From assembly GCA_012274205.1 (NCBI GenBank), contig JAAOZY010000223.1, positions 1-34,915 of the forward strand: DNA of 34,915 bases, written 5' to 3'. The number at the start of each line of letters is the position of its first letter. Within the stretch, counting starts at the first letter, position 1. Origin of the DNA: Betaproteobacteria bacterium. GTDB taxonomy: Bacteria > Pseudomonadota > Gammaproteobacteria > Burkholderiales > SG8-39. Position numbers and translations under genes: made by a program. Under the pieces are notes generated by a model. It worked only from the letters and a program-made list of their open reading frames with translations, did no database searches and was not told where the DNA came from. Positions 34,326-34,915 of the stretch are shown one piece after another.

Positions 34326-34915
34326 TTGATCGCGACTTTTCCCAACAGCCCATTCCGCCTGCACCAGCAGTTCGAGCCCGCCGGCGACCAGCCCGAGGCC
34401 ATCGCCAAGCTGGTCGAGGGCATCGAAATGGGGCTGGCCTACCAGACCCTGCTCGGCGTGACCGGATCGGGCAAGACCTACACCATGGCCAATGTGATCG
34501 CGCGCCTCGGCCGGCCGGCGCTGGTGATCGCGCCGAACAAGACGCTGGCGGCGCAGCTGTATTCGGAGATGCGCGAGTTCTTTCCCGAGAACGCGGTCGA
34601 GTATTTCGTTTCCTACTACGATTATTACCAGCCCGAGGCTTACGTGCCCTCGCGCGACCTGTTCATCGAAAAGGACTCGAGCATCAACGAGCACATCGAG
34701 CAGATGCGCCTGTCGGCGACCAAGTCGCTGCTCGAGCGCAAGGACACCATCATCGTCGCCACGGTGTCGTGCATCTACGGCATCGGCGATCCGGTCGACT
34801 ACCACGGCATGATCCTGCACCTGCGCGAGCGCGAGAAACTGTCGCAGCGCGACATCATCGCGCGCCTGACGGCGATGCAGTACCAGCGCAACGAGTTCGA
34901 GTTTGCGCGGGGTAC
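34326..34915 (+). CDS. uvrB: Excinuclease ABC subunit UvrB, N-terminal part (3' end outside window)
   Basis: The translation reads [99 protein letters not shown], which is near-identical in pattern to E. coli UvrB. The frame opens after a TAG at 34287-34289, and TTG 34326 is the only start-type codon before the conserved region. The function is certain but the start is not. Confidence 0.9.
   Translation, partial: MIATFPNSPFRLHQQFEPAGDQPEAIAKLVEGIEMGLAYQTLLGVTGSGKTYTMANVIARLGRPALVIAPNKTLAAQLYSEMREFFPENAVEYFVSYYDYYQPEAYVPSRDLFIEKDSSINEHIEQMRLSATKSLLERKDTIIVATVSCIYGIGDPVDYHGMILHLREREKLSQRDIIARLTAMQYQRNEFEFARG

Overview
Visibly GC-rich bacterial chromosomal segment. Gene content and order look betaproteobacterial, but that is inference only and no search was run. 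The left half (1-13.2 kb, + strand) is conserved housekeeping. It starts with a yciO-like 3' end, an M50 site-2 protease, trpS, scpA, scpB and rluB. The classic rimP-nusA-infB-rbfA-truB-rpsO-pnp cluster follows, with recognisable promoters and intrinsic terminators. Next come dksA (-), a tRNA-Pro/Arg/His operon (+) and a mosaic of metabolic or poorly characterised genes:
- a DUF302 protein and a small YegP-like protein
- a Tat-signal NAD(P)-binding reductase-like protein
- a TLC/MFS-like transporter translationally coupled to a 4,5-DOPA-dioxygenase (YgiD-like)
- a Sel1-repeat protein and a TPP-dependent 2-keto-acid decarboxylase
- a SAM methyltransferase, a USP, a lone CheY-type receiver and a Mak-like ROK sugar kinase
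- a secreted hypothetical protein, a GMC oxidoreductase, a parvulin lipoprotein and a DUF3014-like protein

The window ends with tRNA-Asn (-), an AspC/TyrB-type aminotransferase (-) and the 5' part of uvrB (+). I saw no CRISPR array, rRNA, transposase or integrase.

The best candidate for an uncharacterised system is a tightly coupled pair at 29.5-32.5 kb. It consists of a polytopic membrane protein and a membrane-anchored P-loop GTPase with a degenerate G4 motif. From memory these are DUF2868-like and DUF3482-like. A coiled-coil/HTH protein gene lies just upstream. These families are already catalogued as DUFs, so the module is unstudied rather than unseen.

Other notable observations:
- a perfect 2 x 83 bp tandem duplication across the GMC gene stop codon
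- a C-terminal remnant of an NDP-forming acyl-CoA synthetase-like gene, read through in antisense by the DUF3014 ORF
- a cluster of three DnaA-box-like 9-mers in a divergent promoter region
- a terminator-like attenuator in the rimP-nusA leader
- a Cys4 (Fe-S-type) motif in TrpRS

All family assignments come from reading the translations by eye.
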